DNA of 64,000 bases. Source: Caerostris darwini (Eukaryota). The stretch spans positions 963,513-1,027,512 of the forward strand of contig BPLQ01015363.1 in assembly GCA_021605075.1 (NCBI GenBank), read 5' to 3'. The first letter of the stretch is position 1. Each line of letters starts with the position of its first letter. A model generated the notes under the pieces. That model had not been told where the DNA came from. It saw nothing but the letters and a program-made list of their open reading frames with translations, and made no database searches. Of the stretch, positions 27,314 through 41,891 are shown piece by piece. The position numbers and the translations under genes were made by a program.

Positions 27314-27969
27314 GTATAATTATATTACTATTCAACTTTAAATAACTTTTAAAAACTAAAACCATTTTTTTTTATTTCATTCAAATTATAAAACTGTTGA
27401 AATACTCCAACATGATAAACATTTTATCTATGCATAATGTTATGAAGAATATATATAAATTTATGTAAACATTTAGAAAATATTTAATTCTATTATATTA
27501 TATATATATATCAGTATGCATTTGTTTTTATGCTTTTGGCTTAATAGATATATTCAGCATGATAAAAGCAATTTAACTCATAATAGAAACTTTTTATTGG
27601 ATAAAATGTTTAATTTAAAGATGTTCTAAATTTTATAATATTTAAGTGATTGGAATTTATTTTGAATTGACTAATTGTTTAACATAAGCTTTTATGCAAT
27701 TTATGAAAATAAGCTATCAAATATTTTTGAATACGTTAATAACAATTCACTAGAATTAGAATTTATAATTAGAAATAACTTGTTATAATTATAAATTATT
27801 TAAGAATAACTAAAAAATGTGTTTTTTTAAGAAAAATTGCTATAAGTGAATCTAATATATTGTTCTATGAAAATATAGAAGAATATATTAGATTTACTAA
27901 TATATTCTCACTCAATTGTAACTCACTCAATCTCAATTGTGAAACTTTTTAATTAATGTTCTTTTTAAG

Positions 27970-28049
27970 CAAATACTACTGGAGACTTTGATGTAACCTT
28001 AGCATTTGTTGATAAGGATGGTAGTGTTAAAATAAAGAAACCAAATCAG
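27970..28049 (+). CDS. WD40 gene exon 16.
   Basis: The exon follows acceptor ttctttttaag and ends at donor gtacgt. The ORF reads NTTGDFDVTLAFVDKDGSVKIKKPNQ. Confidence 0.65.
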
Positions 28050-31000
28050 GTACGTCATTTTTATTTATTTGCAAATTATTAAACATTATTCTTTTTACTG
28101 AATAAACATTCATAAAAGGAGTTGGAATTATTTCATTTTTGATTGTGTATTACAATTTATATGTGTTTTTTATATTAAATCTGTTAGCAATGTGTTACAT
28201 TAGTTCATGCTAAAAAATTCTAAACTTTCCAATGGTTCTATGAACAGATTGTGTTTAATTGCTTCATATTGGGGTGCATATATTACATACATAAACCAGT
28301 ATTAAAATTCTAATTTAAGATCAAACTTTCATACACATTTAAGCCAGGAATTAATAAAGTGCCTGTGATAAATACAAAAATTATTAATTGAATTTTCTAA
28401 GAATTCCTTTCAATGATCATGTTTCAAAAGAAATATATACACAAATATATATAGTTATAATAAATATTGTTCATGTATCAATGAACCAAATTATTAAAAC
28501 TACTTGTGTGCCATACAATAAATTTGTCTGTCAGACCAAGTATATTATTATAATTGTGAATATTATTACAGCACAGGAAAAGGTAAAGATTTATCACATG
28601 GACAAAAGCAAATTATGATGAACATACAGCTGAGTTATAATATTTCAAAAACTACAAAATATATGAACTGTTCATGTTGCATCATAATTATCATGATAGT
28701 CAGCTGGTAGATAATAAACATATGAAACATTCAGCAGAAAACAAAGGAATCCATTGATAGTGAAAAAAGCCTTTGATATAAGTGATCAAATGCGTTTTTT
28801 ATTTGTTTGTGTGGATATACTCGTAAGTGCTACAGAACAGCCATTGAAAATGAATTAAATAGAAGTTAAAAAGTCGATGTGTCAAAAATACCCTTTTGAC
28901 ATTGAGAATAAGCCCATGACTACATTTGTTGTAATTCATTGACTTAAACACATACTGTGAGTGTGTACTCATATCCTAATGTTTGGAAGAAATTCAGTTG
29001 AACTTGCAAATCTCATTTTACTTACATCATGTAGAATGGCAAATTTCTCTGTAACATTTTCTGATACAATTCTCAAAATTAAGAGTACAAGCATTAACAC
29101 CACAATCGAGGAATTTTCACAAATTAATCTATCTGCACATTTAACAACAGCATGACTTAAATTAAATATATAATTTCTTGTAAGCATCAATGCTCTTTTA
29201 TGTTAAAGAAGGATTTACACTTATTCAATTGATATTATTAATGTTTTATCACATCAATGTATGTTCATTGGAAATCCATATTTATAATTAATATTGATAA
29301 AAGGCTGACCTGATCAGAATCTTTTTCTATTTCATTAATGTATATTATTTATTTAGACTTATCCTTCTTTTGAGTAGAATAATCATAGCAAGCTGCAAAT
29401 AATATTTGAAAACACATTTGAATCTTGCTTTTTATTTTAGCTTTTAAGTTCATCCATATTAATATGAAACAATACTTCATTTTATGACATTTCTTGTTGT
29501 TCTTTTTATAGATTTTATACTTATTTGTCAATGCTAAAGGTTTTGCATTTTTACCAACAAATATCGTTAAAAATTATTTAAATTATTTTTGTTTATGTTA
29601 ATTGACTTTGTTAATTTAATGTATCAGTCTTAAAATTGATATTAGACAAAAAAAAGTTTTTTAATATACAATCGATTTGTCCTTGCTGTTTGTCATATAT
29701 AAATGATAGTTTGATTAATGCATAATTTCTTTTCTCTCTTTTACTTAGCTACATTTTTTTTTAATATTCAAATTTTTTTTTTTTTTTTTAATAATTTTAG
29801 AATTTTAATAGTTGTAGTTCCTCCATCCACTTGAGATTATTATGAAGAAAGTGAGATTTTTATTTTTTTATATTTACATGCAAATTTTAAAAGTTAAATG
29901 GTTTTTAATAATGAATTACAGAGCAAGTCAGTGTTATATAGTATGTGTATGTTTTTCTAAATGAATATTTTACTCGTTATTTTTTTTATTTGATCTACAT
30001 AAATGATGCTATCTCTGGAGAATTACTTGTTTTCATTCTTGTTTGTAGTTTCTGGCTTTTATGGTATTAGTTTGCAACTTCAAAAATTTAAGATTATGTA
30101 AACCCCTCACATTAAGTATTAATATTCATTTCTTAAAATATTTTTTTTTATTTATATATCAGTTAAATTTCGTTCTTTTTTAAACAGAATTATTTTGTAA
30201 TAACTTGTTCATCTTCTTTTAAAATCACTAAGAGCTCTGATGGTTTAGATGTTAATATTTCCCTTTTCTATTTAACATTTGTACTAATATAAATAGCAAT
30301 TCACTTTTATAAATTTGTTCCTGCTTAAAGTAATCGCCTTATTCGTTTTTTAAAGTGCAATTTTATTATTACATTCATATAGGATATAATTATATGTTTT
30401 TTTACAATAAATACCAATATACTTATTACAATTCACGTTGCAGAGTATTCTTTCGGCATGTTATTTATCAAATAACTTACTTATCTAATTTCTTGTCTAT
30501 AGTCTGCAGTGAAGTATAATATGTAGTTATTTGTGGCCCAAAACATAAAGGAATTAGCATAATCCATGAGCGATTCAACCTTGTTTGTTTACATTCTTTG
30601 ACATAGCATGTATCTTCAATCAAATTCTTTTATCCATATCATAAAATTAGCAAATGTTTTTCAATTTTAAAATGTATTTTTCATAAGATTTTTAATCTGA
30701 GAAGATCATATCTGTAGTATAAAATTATATTCATTAGAAACAAGTCATGGTTAATTTTAAATTTGCTGTATTGCAATTACCTGGAATGAAATAAGAGTAT
30801 CTAATTTCATTCCAGACCTTTTCCATCTATTAGCACATATTAATATATGATATTTCATATTTTTCTACTTTTGTAAAAGTAAGACTCTTTGGATACAACT
30901 CTTAATTTTCTTTTTGTTCAAAAATTTTAGTTTTATGTCATACAAAAGTATTGTATATTTTAATGTATAATATTAGTTGATGATTTTTAATAAATAAATA

Positions 31001-31142
31001 TGAAAGGATGGGGAGTATACAGATATATTCGTACCAAAAAATTCTAAGGGTTTTGAGTGTTAATTTGCAGAATATTGACAAGAAATTACAGCATTTTCAT
31101 GATTTTTAAAAAGGTAAAAACTTTTTATTCTTTTCTTTCCAG

Positions 31143-31430
31143 AGATCTTTTTCGTATTCACTAGAAGGACATAGCAGAAGTATTACTTCTTGTTGCACAA
31201 ATGAAAATGGAGAAATTTTATCATGTTCTTTAGATGGTACTGTCAATCTATGGAAAATACCTTCTGATACTGAAGACATTCATATGGGTCATTCAGCTTA
31301 CATAACTGATATCAGTATGTCTGTATCAGAAAATGTAGTTATAAGTTCAGACATTTATGGTAATATTATTCTTTGGAAATTAAAATTGTCACCAACAAAT
31401 ATATCTTTAGATTATGCTGGAAAGAAAACA
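31143..31430 (+). CDS. WD40 gene exon 17, the largest exon (96 codons, two WD repeats).
   Basis: The exon follows acceptor cttttctttccag and ends at donor gtaagt. The ORF reads RSFSYSLEGHSRSITSCCTNENGEILSCSLDGTVNLWKIPSDTEDIHMGHSAYITDISMSVSENVVISSDIYGNIILWKL…KKT. Confidence 0.75.
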
Positions 31431-31957
31431 GTAAGTATACTTATTTTTTGGGTAGTCTTATTAATAACTTAAAATAAGTGTTTAATATTATTTTTATTGT
31501 AGCCGGACAATAGCATAAAATTTACACTTGAAACAGTGAAAATGATGTTATAAATAAGTTTCATTAATTCCATTGGGCCCAAAAATATTTCTCATCCGAT
31601 AGTCCCAATGTCCCATACAATAATGTCAGAATGGTTGAAGTGGTAGATAATTCACTGGGCTGGCTACAAAGCTTCTATCATCCCAATAAATAAGCTTAGA
31701 TGTTTTTCTTAACTTTGAGAGCTTCTAATATTTGCTTTGATGGTAGGATAAAAGCATCTTTGGTAATGAAACATCCCTCTGCAGCTGAAACTGCATATGA
31801 TAACAATGTAAGAGATTAATGGAACACTTTGGACCAAAAACTGCTTAAACTCCTATCTGGCATTATTCAAGTACACTATAGTCAGCATCCATAATAAGTA
31901 AATTAAATAATATTTCGACTTAAAATAAAAGTAAAAAATTTGAAGTCCAAAAAATAA

Positions 31958-32040
31958 GTTACAAAAATAATCAATCAAATTTCAAATCAAATTTTCAAAT
32001 CAAATTTTAGAATCAAATTTCAATGAGATAAAAGTTAAAT
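31958..32040. repeat. Intronic minisatellite with unit (a)atcaaattt(c/t), about 7 copies.
   Basis: The repeat is directly visible in the sequence. Confidence 0.8.
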
Positions 32041-33312
32041 TCAGGCATTTATAGTTTGCTGTTGATAAAGTGTTTTATAGGAATTGCAATTCAATAAACA
32101 ATTAAGAGAAAGACTCCTCTTTAAATGGAGGTGTATAGTATGAACTAGAAGTGAAAGCTGGAGCTAACATGCAGGTGATTCTTTATTTATGATGACATGA
32201 TGGGAAAACTATTTTAAGATATAAGTCAGAGTCATAATTCATTTGGAATTTTCAAGAAATGAAATATTTTAAATTGGCTTGATTAGTAATAAATTTTAAG
32301 TTATTCTAGAAATTTTCAGATATTTTAAACATAAATTCTTTTAGACTAAGAAGGTCATGTGATTTGTATCATTTATAAAAAAAAACCCCAACCAGTATTT
32401 GTAATTGTTCTAAGTATCAAGAACTTAAATAATGATTTTAGATTTTGCATGTGATTCGGTAATAAATGTCTTAATAGGATTATTTCTATTCATGATAGGT
32501 TTGGAGGATAGTTAAGTATGGATTGAGCATAATATTTTCTGTGATATGAATGAAAACTCAGAATGCCTGAAGGCTACTGTTTATGATTTATTATTATATT
32601 TTACTACATATCAACGCCTTTTACTGGTCTTGAGCAATGCAAAATTAAGCTGCAATATATGCGGGACACAAACCTTTCTGCCAAGTTTTCTAATGGTCTG
32701 GCAACTCCTTGCTAATGTTTATGTCAGGATATATAATAACAAATAAGCCTGATTTGATAAATATTTGGATACTCTAGAAATGTGCATCCTATAGAATTTA
32801 CTTTTCTGGCTTTACTTGTAAAGTATAATAAAGATTATTTCTTTTCTAAAGACAATGACCAAGCCAGTGAAAAGATTTAAAGATAACAATTATAATATTC
32901 TGAAAAAAAAATTTGAACAGCAGAAAAATACGATAATAATTATTCATATAAAATGTCCTACATTGTCTAGCAATTTTTAAAAATTTATTTTTAAAAATAA
33001 TAATTGTCGGTTAGTTTGGTTAATAATTTTTAAAATTTATTTTTTATAAATATAATAGGTACTTTTCAAAGCTTAATAAAAGTCATTTAGATATTTTATC
33101 AAAGTCTAACATTAAATAATGATTTTTCAATTTACTTTTAGTTATCTAATTTGTAATTAATAATTAACCATTAACTTAACTATATATATGTGTATGCATT
33201 GCAAACAATAAATAATCCGTCTCCTATGCTCGTTTTCACGTATATGGTGCACATGACAGTAATATTTTTTTTTATGAAGAAAAATATTTTATTAATAAAA
33301 CTTATTTTTCAG

Positions 33313-33467
33313 TATATTGGAGGTTTTATCAAAGCAATATCCTTGTTCAAGGAGAAACATTTTGTTTGTGCAATAACACAGACCACAAACGATGGAGAAA
33401 AACATTTTCTGGATATGATATCATTTGACTGTAATATTTCTGAGGATAATTCTTTGTATAGTTTTCA
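33313..33467 (+). CDS. WD40 gene exon 18.
   Basis: The exon follows acceptor cttatttttcag and ends at donor gtaagt. The ORF reads YIGGFIKAISLFKEKHFVCAITQTTNDGEKHFLDMISFDCNISEDNSLYSF. Confidence 0.7.
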
Positions 33468-33587
33468 GTAAGTTCAATGCCTTATCTTTGATCTATATCT
33501 TCATTTCAATCTAACAATTAAAATAATTTAATATGAAATTTGGGCAATTTGTAATGCAAAAAGAAACAATATATGTTTGTTTTTTTA

Positions 33588-33794
33588 ACCCTTTGCACTC
33601 GAAGTTTTTTCATTCGTATTACCAGCAACTCGAAGCGATATTAGTGAAAAGATTATATTCACACGTAAGTTTGATATACGCATTAAAAGAAACGCATTAT
33701 TTATATTGTTATTTGCATTGTCTCCGTAGCGGAGCCCTCGAGCTTGAAGACAAATTTTAAATGGCTCCGCTCCGGAGCCCTCGAGTGCAAAGGG
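33588..33794. mobile_element. piggyBac-like MITE of 207 bp with 16–18-bp terminal inverted repeats and TTAA/TTGA flanks.
   Basis: The left terminal repeat at 33588 is CCCTTTGCACTCGAAG, and the right end at 33777–33794 is CTCGAGTGCAAAGGG, its reverse complement. The flanks are TTAA (33584–87) and TTGA (33795–98). The CCC…GGG termini with a TTAA target are the piggyBac hallmark. Confidence 0.6.
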
Positions 33795-34564
33795 TTGAAT
33801 ATCATTAACAATTTTATTTTATTATCTAAATGTCAGCATAATCACTCTACTTTTTAATTTTTAAAATGAAATAAAAATCCAATTATATAAAACCACCATG
33901 CTTTTTGCCATCAAAGGTTGACAGAAAAAATTAATCAAAAACTTAAGTAAATCTTGTACTTACTTCACTAAATTAAGAAATTAATCAAATTCACTAAATT
34001 CGAAATTAAATTATTTCAATAATGTGTGAATAATTCTAGAATTATGACGTTGTTAGGGGATATATTCAGAGATTTATGGAAATTTTTCCCTGCCAACATG
34101 CAAAATTTTCTCATAACTTTTATTTAATTTAATTAATATAAAACTATCCTTTTACTTATTTCAATTTCTATAATTATTATGAGACAATACTCAATCTCAT
34201 TATTGTAAATATTCAACATGTGTTTGTCTGTAAAAAGAAAATAGTACAGTAATAGTACTTAATTAATTTTCTGGCTGAAAATACACCTTTTTATTATAAG
34301 AATAAATGTTTACATGTGTATTATATTTTTATATGTTTTTGTTAAGAAATATTTCAAGAAAAAATTGAAGTGAAAGATCATTAATATGGATTTCTTCAAG
34401 TACTAAAAAAAACTTTTATTACCTTAACTTTGCATTTTGATATTTAAATTATATATGAACTAGCAAATATTAATATCTGTCTATGAATTAATATATTTTA
34501 AATCATTTCAAATTTGACAGAAACCATTTATTAGAAACATGTTCTAAGCCAAAGTTAACTATCT

Positions 34565-35848
34565 ACACTCATGTCCATAAATTAAGGATAATGAAGTTCA
34601 GGCAAAGAAAGAGACAGAAGCAAAACAAATTTGACTTATTTGTAAAGTCTATTTATTAAACAAAAGGTAAAGAGCAAAACAGATGCTATATGTTTGACAT
34701 AATTAATAAAAATTGCGATTTTTACTCCCTGGAGCAAATTTCAAAAAAGAACCTATTTACAAAAAACAGTATAACATGGTTAGTATGATGGTTAATATGG
34801 AGTATGTCTCCCGGACGATGCAATACAGGCCTTACAACGCCTAGGCATGCTGAGTATCACATTATCAATCTGATCTTGGGGAATATTACACCACACATCA
34901 AGCAATGCCCTCCGAAGTTCCGGTTGACAGGTGGGAGGGGGTTGACGGGCTGCAATTCGTCGGCCAAGCATATTCCACACATGCTCTATTGGATTCAAGT
35001 CCGGTGAGTATGCTGGCCATTCCATACGGGTGATATCCTCCAATTGAAGGCATTCGTCTACAGTGTTTGCACGGTGAGGACGGGCGTTGTCATCCATAAA
35101 CCTGGTGGTAACGGGTACCTGGCGCTCTCCATATGAAAGTCCGGCGAGAATCAGACTGCAAACTAAACCTGGACTCGTCGGAAAACATCACACCAGACCA
35201 CTGTTGCGGTGTCCACAATGCATGCTCTCTACTCCAGGTTAATTGCAGGCGACATTGAGTTGCGGTAAGTGGAACACATCTGACAGGCCTACGAGCATAT
35301 AGACCAATGTGCCCTAAGCGTCTGTACACGGTCTGCTTTGAAACTGTCGTACCGGTAGCTGAAGAGAGCGAACGAGACAGGTCTGATGCTGTGCTCCGTC
35401 TGTTTCTTTTGGCAGTAACTGCTAAATACCGGTCCTCATTCAGCGTTGTAACTCGGGGGCGACCTGTGCTGTAACATCTACTCACGTTACCATCATCTTG
35501 GAATCGTTGCCAAAGCCTGGAGATGACACTCTGGGCGATTCCAAGTTCCTCGGATACTTCCAGCTGGGTACGTGCACATTCCAGTCGTCCGATAATTCTA
35601 CCACGTAAAAAATCATCCAAATGCGTTTAAAGCGCTTGTGAACAATTTTACTTCTTTGCCACCATTCCTTATATACCTCTCTCTAACACTCTCGTCATTG
35701 TGACGTACTATCCGCGCCATATGGTGGTTTCATGTAATTTGCATATTCTTCTTCAAGATGTGTGTGATAATTCTACAGGTGAAATTTTTATTTTAGAGTT
35801 CAATTTCTGTGTGATTCTGAATTATCCTTAATTTATGGACATGAGTGT
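34565..35848 (-). mobile_element. Tc1-like DNA transposon, family B (DD34E). This is an internally deleted copy with a TA target-site duplication.
   Basis: The 28-bp terminal inverted repeat TACACTCATGTCCATAAATTAAGGATAA is present at both ends. TA dinucleotides flank it at 34563–64 and 35849–50. Transposase fragments lie between the repeats. Confidence 0.85.
34792..35620 (-). pseudogene. Tc1 family B transposase remnants, comprising an N-terminal HTH portion (35090–35620) and a C-terminal catalytic portion (34792–35097).
   Basis: The remnants read …LEVSEELGIAQSVISRLWQRFQDDGNVSR…VMFSDESRFSLQSD… and MDDNARPHRAN…WPAYSPDLNPIEHVW. About 190 bp is deleted relative to copy C between RAPGTRYHQ and FMDDNARPH. 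The initiator ATG is lost (TTG). Confidence 0.8.
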
Positions 35849-36312
35849 ATATTTGATGCAAATTTTAATCTAAATGCTTAAGAAGGATTAACTGGATGAA
35901 AGCATTTTAGAATTAAAATAATTAGTTCTTAATTTTTTTGGTTTAAAAAACCGTTTTGTAATCTGCAATTTTATAGACATATAGGTTTAACTTATTAGAA
36001 AAAAAACCTTCATTTCTGAATATTCTTCATTCTTTTATTATATAAATTTAAGAATACTTTTATTTATTTTGACCAATTGAGAATTATTATTGAAGGAATT
36101 GTACAAATCTAAAAAAATACAAGTACAATAAATTGATTACTATAGATTGTGTATGCTTAAGAAACAGTGAATTCTTTTTAATTGCAATTTTTTATAAAAT
36201 TTGGAGGATTAACAGGAAACAGTTCTACATTAATTTCTAAGCATGTGATTATTTGTCATAAAAATAAGGGCTAATTTATTAATTGCACAATTAATATTTA
36301 TTTCTCTTTCAG

Positions 36313-36447
36313 GATTAAAGCTTCTCACAACTTTGATAGTGAAGTGTTATGTCTTGATACTAATTTTAAGACTAATAAAATAGCAGTTGGTTTAAAGTCT
36401 GGGGATATAATAATAATTACTTCTGATGCAAAGAAGACCTTTAATGT
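36313..36447 (+). CDS. WD40 gene exon 19.
   Basis: The exon follows acceptor tttctctttcag and ends at donor gtatgt, chosen so that the phase joins exon 20. The ORF reads IKASHNFDSEVLCLDTNFKTNKIAVGLKSGDIIIITSDAKKTFN. Confidence 0.65.
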
Positions 36448-38600
36448 GTATGTTTATGTCTTGTTTATTTTATATCTTAAAAATGTATTTAAATCCATGT
36501 ACATAATATTTTTATCTATAAAAATTTCAATTATTTCAAAATTTATAAATTCTTATGCATTTTTTACATTAACTGGGATAAATATTAATTCTTATTGCAT
36601 AACTAAAATAAAGAAGTTTTAGTACATGTTTCAATTATTTAAATTTAACATTTTGAAAAAATTTATTGTTGGCATAATAAAATGAATTAATTTTTAATAT
36701 AAATGATTGAAATACATATTTGCATTTTTTTTAAGATTTAGATTAATTTAAAATTTAACTAAATTTCAAAAGTTAATATTATATATCTTTATAAATTAGC
36801 TTTGTTTTAAGCTTGAAATCTCTTGAAGGTTTTCTCCATCAGTGTTTTTAATTTTTAAAGAAATAAAAGAACATTTATTATATCAAATAATAAATACAAG
36901 TTAGAAGTGTAAGCTTAATCATTTTGGGGGCATCGTAAGAAATTGAAAGATCATAATACTTCTGATATTTTAATGCATTCAAAAATCAGGAAGTCTTAAA
37001 ATGTAATGTGAATTACATATTTTTATAAGTGCAATGCAAGTTTATGTCATCTTTTTAAGAATTTTTTTATTCAATTTATAAAAATAAATCTTCAAGCCAT
37101 GTGAATCATATATTTAACACATTATGATGGATTTCATAATTAAATAAAATTACTTTGACAAAAAATAGTCTTGTATAGATTGTTTTCAAAATTAGGTATT
37201 TTAGTTTAAATGTGACTCAGTATATTTTAAATTTAATTCTGGTTTATCTGTACCGTTTTTAGATATTTGTTTTCACTAATATACAGTTATATTGAACAAG
37301 GTGGAATGAGTATTATTTCAAGGTGGAATAAGTATTTATTTATTAACAGTGTTTGTAAAAATCCAACTGTTCAAACTTTCTCATGTTAAATTTATTTGTG
37401 GGTATAAGTTTTTGTTATGCAGTTTAAATTCTTTGAAAATTGTAGAGCATTGGAACATGTTTAATGATAATATACTTGTCTTGTACTCTAATCACAGTGT
37501 GTTTGTTTAAAAGGTGACCAGTATTCAGCTCTGGCTCTTCAAAAAACAAAAACAAAATTTACAAATTATATCTTTGCCTGCTTAACCTTAATGATTTACT
37601 TGCAGATGTGTTACCCACATACTATGCCATTATCTAGCTGTTTTTATTAGATTTCCCTCACATGAATAAAAATGCAAGCTGTATAATCCTTAGAAAAAAC
37701 TCTTTGAGGACAGACCTTCTCTTGTAAATAGTACAATGCTCCCTGCAGTGCACTTTGGGGACTGTAACTCTTTGCTACAAAGCTGCCAGATTATGATAGA
37801 GCAAATGTTTGTCATTGAAAATTTGTTTTTCTCATATTTTGTTTCTAATAAAGCTCTTTGTATATTAGCTCTCCGAAATATTCCTGCTTTTTATTGCAAG
37901 CTTTTCTAACTAATCTCTTTTGACAAAATTAATTCAATTTATCAAAATTTACATTTTATTTACTAAATATTTTTTATTTCTTCTGTTAATTTGAAAAGAA
38001 TCTGTCACAATATTAATTCCTGTTGTAACATTTCAGTGAAAAATGAAAGAAGATTATTTTCTTCCAATTTGGCGATAAAAATATATTTGAATTATTTCTT
38101 TATTAGGATACTATTTCCTGGTGTTCATTTTTATAAAATTCATAATTAGTCTATTTTAACATAAACTATACAGTGGAAGACAAAGAATTTACAAACAAAG
38201 AATTATTTTATATCAGTAATTATTTTTTACTGTAATACTTTCATTGTAATATGTCTAATTTTATATAGTAGATTTTAAATATAACTTATATTTTAAATGT
38301 TAGATAAAAGCTCTAAGAAAAAAATACATCAAATTTTAAATTTTTATATACATAGAATCTTCTTAATTTAAAATATATATTCTTCTTATGAATGATATTT
38401 CAATATTTCTTTTTATTAAAAAATATCTTTTTTTGATTAAAATTTCAGAGACATTTTATATTTTTAGCCTTATTATATGTACCATAGATATTTTTCCAGG
38501 TTTGCTTCTTTCTGTTTCAAAATATTTTTCCTTTAATAACTTAACCATGTAGAAGTAAATTTATGTCTTAATATATAAATTTTTCAAATTTATTTTTTAG

Positions 38601-38724
38601 ATCAAAAGACTGGGTTTTAGGTATGAAATTGTTCCATTCTGAAAATTCCACAGAATATCTCTTTACTTCACTATTAAATGGTTCAGTTGAACGCATTGAA
38701 ATATCAGAAGACTTAAAATGTGAT
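38601..38724 (+). CDS. WD40 gene exon 20.
   Basis: The exon follows acceptor tttattttttag and ends at donor gtgagt. The ORF reads SKDWVLGMKLFHSENSTEYLFTSLLNGSVERIEISEDLKCD. Confidence 0.65.
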
Positions 38725-41700
38725 GTGAGTTACATTTTTTTTTTTATGTGCATTGCAAGTTTATATAATCTTTCTAAGAACTTTTTTAATTCTAAGTCAG
38801 AATATATTCCTCACAAATTAGTGAGGTATTATAAAAGATCTAACTTTTACAGTATCTTTAAAAAAATTTAATAATAAAATATAAATGCATGACCTGCTTA
38901 TTTTACTTATGTATTTTTTTGAATTTTTTAATGAAATCATATTTTTTTAAGTTACATATTTGTGGACATGTGGGTTCATATTCTTTTAAAATAATTGTGT
39001 GTAGGGACATTTAATTGTTAATGATTTTTAAATAGATTAAACTCTAGAATTTATATCTATGTTATTTGAGAAATTTAAAAATAACTTATGCATTTGATCT
39101 ATTTGCAAAGTCTTTAATTCTTGAATTATATGCTTTTAAATTAGAACTGAAATTTATTTCTGCAATTTAGTTTTATATATATATACATATATATACTATG
39201 ATTCATTGGATTACTATCAGAAAATGATATGTAAAAGACAATAAAAATTGGTTAATTTTTTTGTCATCATATATTTTTATAAGTTTATTCATATTTCTTT
39301 ATATTAATTGCATCAGAAATGAATGGTTACTTCTTTTATCATGGCTTTGATAAACACTTATGATAATAATTGAGCATTGACTCCATAGTTTTTGCAAAAA
39401 AATTACAATTTAACTGTTTTACTGTATTTTCTATTTTAATTGTATTGTCTTACAGTTGCATTAGATATAATAAATATGCAAATATAATAATGTATATAAA
39501 ATGTAATAAATATATCTTTCCATCTAAATGAATACTTTTTGAAGTATTCCTAATTATAATAATTTCTCATGTGTAATTCTTCAGTCAAGTTATATTGCTT
39601 CACATCATTGCGAATTTTAATATTAAAAGATAAAGGAAATATTCTCATTTAATTATACTTGGAATTGAAATTTGCCAATCTAAAACTTGAATTTTTTTGG
39701 GAGGGAAACTGTTGCAGTAAATCTACATATCTTTTAAATTGTGATTTATATGAAGAAAAGCAGAAAAATGTGAACATAAAATATAAGAACTCCACTAACA
39801 ACTCTTAAAAGTGATTTGTTTTCTAATTTAAAAAGGTGCATGGGTCAGTATAGTAGTTTCAGAGTACTTTGCTCATGTCATTAAAGTAAGGAGCTAGTGG
39901 TTTTCATAAGATTTATAACAAGTACAAATTTAGTTCATCTTATGATGAAGTACCAGCTCTAATACTTTTTTTAAATGATTTTTTTTTTTTTTTTACTTTA
40001 AAAATATATTTCTATGAATTGTATTTCTTGGTATCCTTTGCATTAAAATTTATTTTAACTTGTCATTAGAATGTATTTTACTGAAATACCAATGGTTTGA
40101 TTTGCCCATTTATCTATTAATTAATTATTAATCTGTGTATTCATTATGTGTGGTGTTTTGCATCAAGAGTGTTATTTAAAATTGTCATTATCAGCAGGCA
40201 TTTAAGCGTTCTCAATTTTATTGGTTCAAAGCACTAAACTTTTATAAATATAGTTTTAAATATCTATTTGCGACTAAGGATAGTCCATATGATATCAATT
40301 TTACTCAAAGATTACATTATACTAAATGTCCAATCTTGCAATTTTTAATATTTGCAGAAAGATAATACAATGGATTTTCAAACTGATTTGAGAGATAATT
40401 TATCACTTAATTCTGATTGTCTAAATTCCAAATTTGCCCTAATTTATTTGATTAATCACTTCCAATATTGCTCTCTATTTTAAAACATTTTTTTTTCTGT
40501 ATTACCCATAATTTCCTGTCTATAGTTAGCAGATTATGTGTTTTAAAATCTTGAAAATTTCTTTGGTGTATATCATAGGTTTCTTTTTGTAATCTTCAAT
40601 AATTTTTGCAGTATTGAAAAAAATTAATTTTTGGAAAAATGCCACAGGAACATGTGTTTATCCAAAGCTAATTATTGAAATGTTTTATGTGAGAAAGAAG
40701 TAAACGATTCTTTAAAAAAAGAAGTGATGAATTCATAGAGCCTGCGAATGAAGGAATATATATAGCCAAATTTTTATTATAAGCACATTAAATGCAAGTT
40801 ATATGCCAATATTTATGAGAAGATATAAAATATCAAGAATGAATTCACAGAAATTCTGGAAACTTATTTGTATTTTTATTAAATATAGCCAGTAAATATT
40901 TTTTGTTTGCATTGCAGTTCTTTTGATGTACATTTCTTCATTTTTGACATGCACAATGTGTCATCAGTAAATTTTTGATAATATTATTTTGGTAAGGGAA
41001 AAGCTAAAGATCTCAACCATTTTGATACAAAATGGAACTTTATAAGTTAATGTTATGCCCTAGAAAATATGTGAACTGACACAAATCATCTATGGTTTAT
41101 GCAAGGTTTTTTTTTTATTATTGCTGAAACTTACAAATGCAGATTATAAGCAGAAAAATTACCTTTGAATGTGCTTAAATTTTATTTTATATTAAATTTT
41201 TCTCAGCTTATTTTTTTCCTGCTGATTCCCTTATTGTCTATTGTGAAGAGAATTACAGTACCTAATAAATTAAAATTTTTTTTTATTTATCATTTAAATT
41301 TGATTACCTGTTTTATTTTTAAAATTATATAAATGATAAGAAAGAAGTAAATGCAAAAAAAAACCCATATAATTATTTTTTAAAATAGGTATTAGATGCT
41401 GTATATTATGCAGGATCATTTATTAAGGTAGTCATATCAGGATTAAGAGTCTATTATTGTTTGTGGTAAAAGAAATTAAATTATTTTCTTGTATTTATGT
41501 TTAAAATAATATTTATATCATTTATGAAAATAAATATGTTTGTATATAAATAATTTTCTCTTCAGTTTTTTATAAACAATTAGGTAATTGTGTTTTTTTA
41601 TTCTTCTGTTAGATATAATTGTCATCAAGCAATTTTGTGGGTGGATTAATTAATATAGGTTGTTTTCTTTTCCTTGTTTAATTATATATATTTTTTCTTT

Positions 41701-41732
41701 TTAAATATTATATGTTTTATTTATTTAAAAAG

Positions 41733-41891
41733 GTTAATGGTAAAGCTTCATCCAAAGAATTACCTCACCCAAACTTTGGAAATGTTTCTCCTTACTTAAG
41801 TGCTCTGTGTTGTGAAAATGTTGATAGTGTGTACTGTGGTGATTCTCAAGGATGGTTGAGAAGATATTCTACTGTTCCTATATCTAAAAAG
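41733..41891 (+). CDS. WD40 gene exon 21.
   Basis: The exon follows acceptor tttatttatttaaaaag and ends at donor gtatgt. The ORF reads VNGKASSKELPHPNFGNVSPYLSALCCENVDSVYCGDSQGWLRRYSTVPISKK. Confidence 0.6.

Noticed and set aside
33533-33760. ORF + across 33533–33760.
   Set aside because: It overlaps the piggyBac-like MITE and is non-coding.
34804-35007. ORF + 34804–35007 and its twin − 53313–53516 (MSPGRC.TGLTTPRHAEY…), whose apparent conservation was considered as evidence of coding.
   Set aside because: They are antisense to the Tc1-B transposase C-terminus. Their similarity reflects only the two transposon copies and is not independent conservation.
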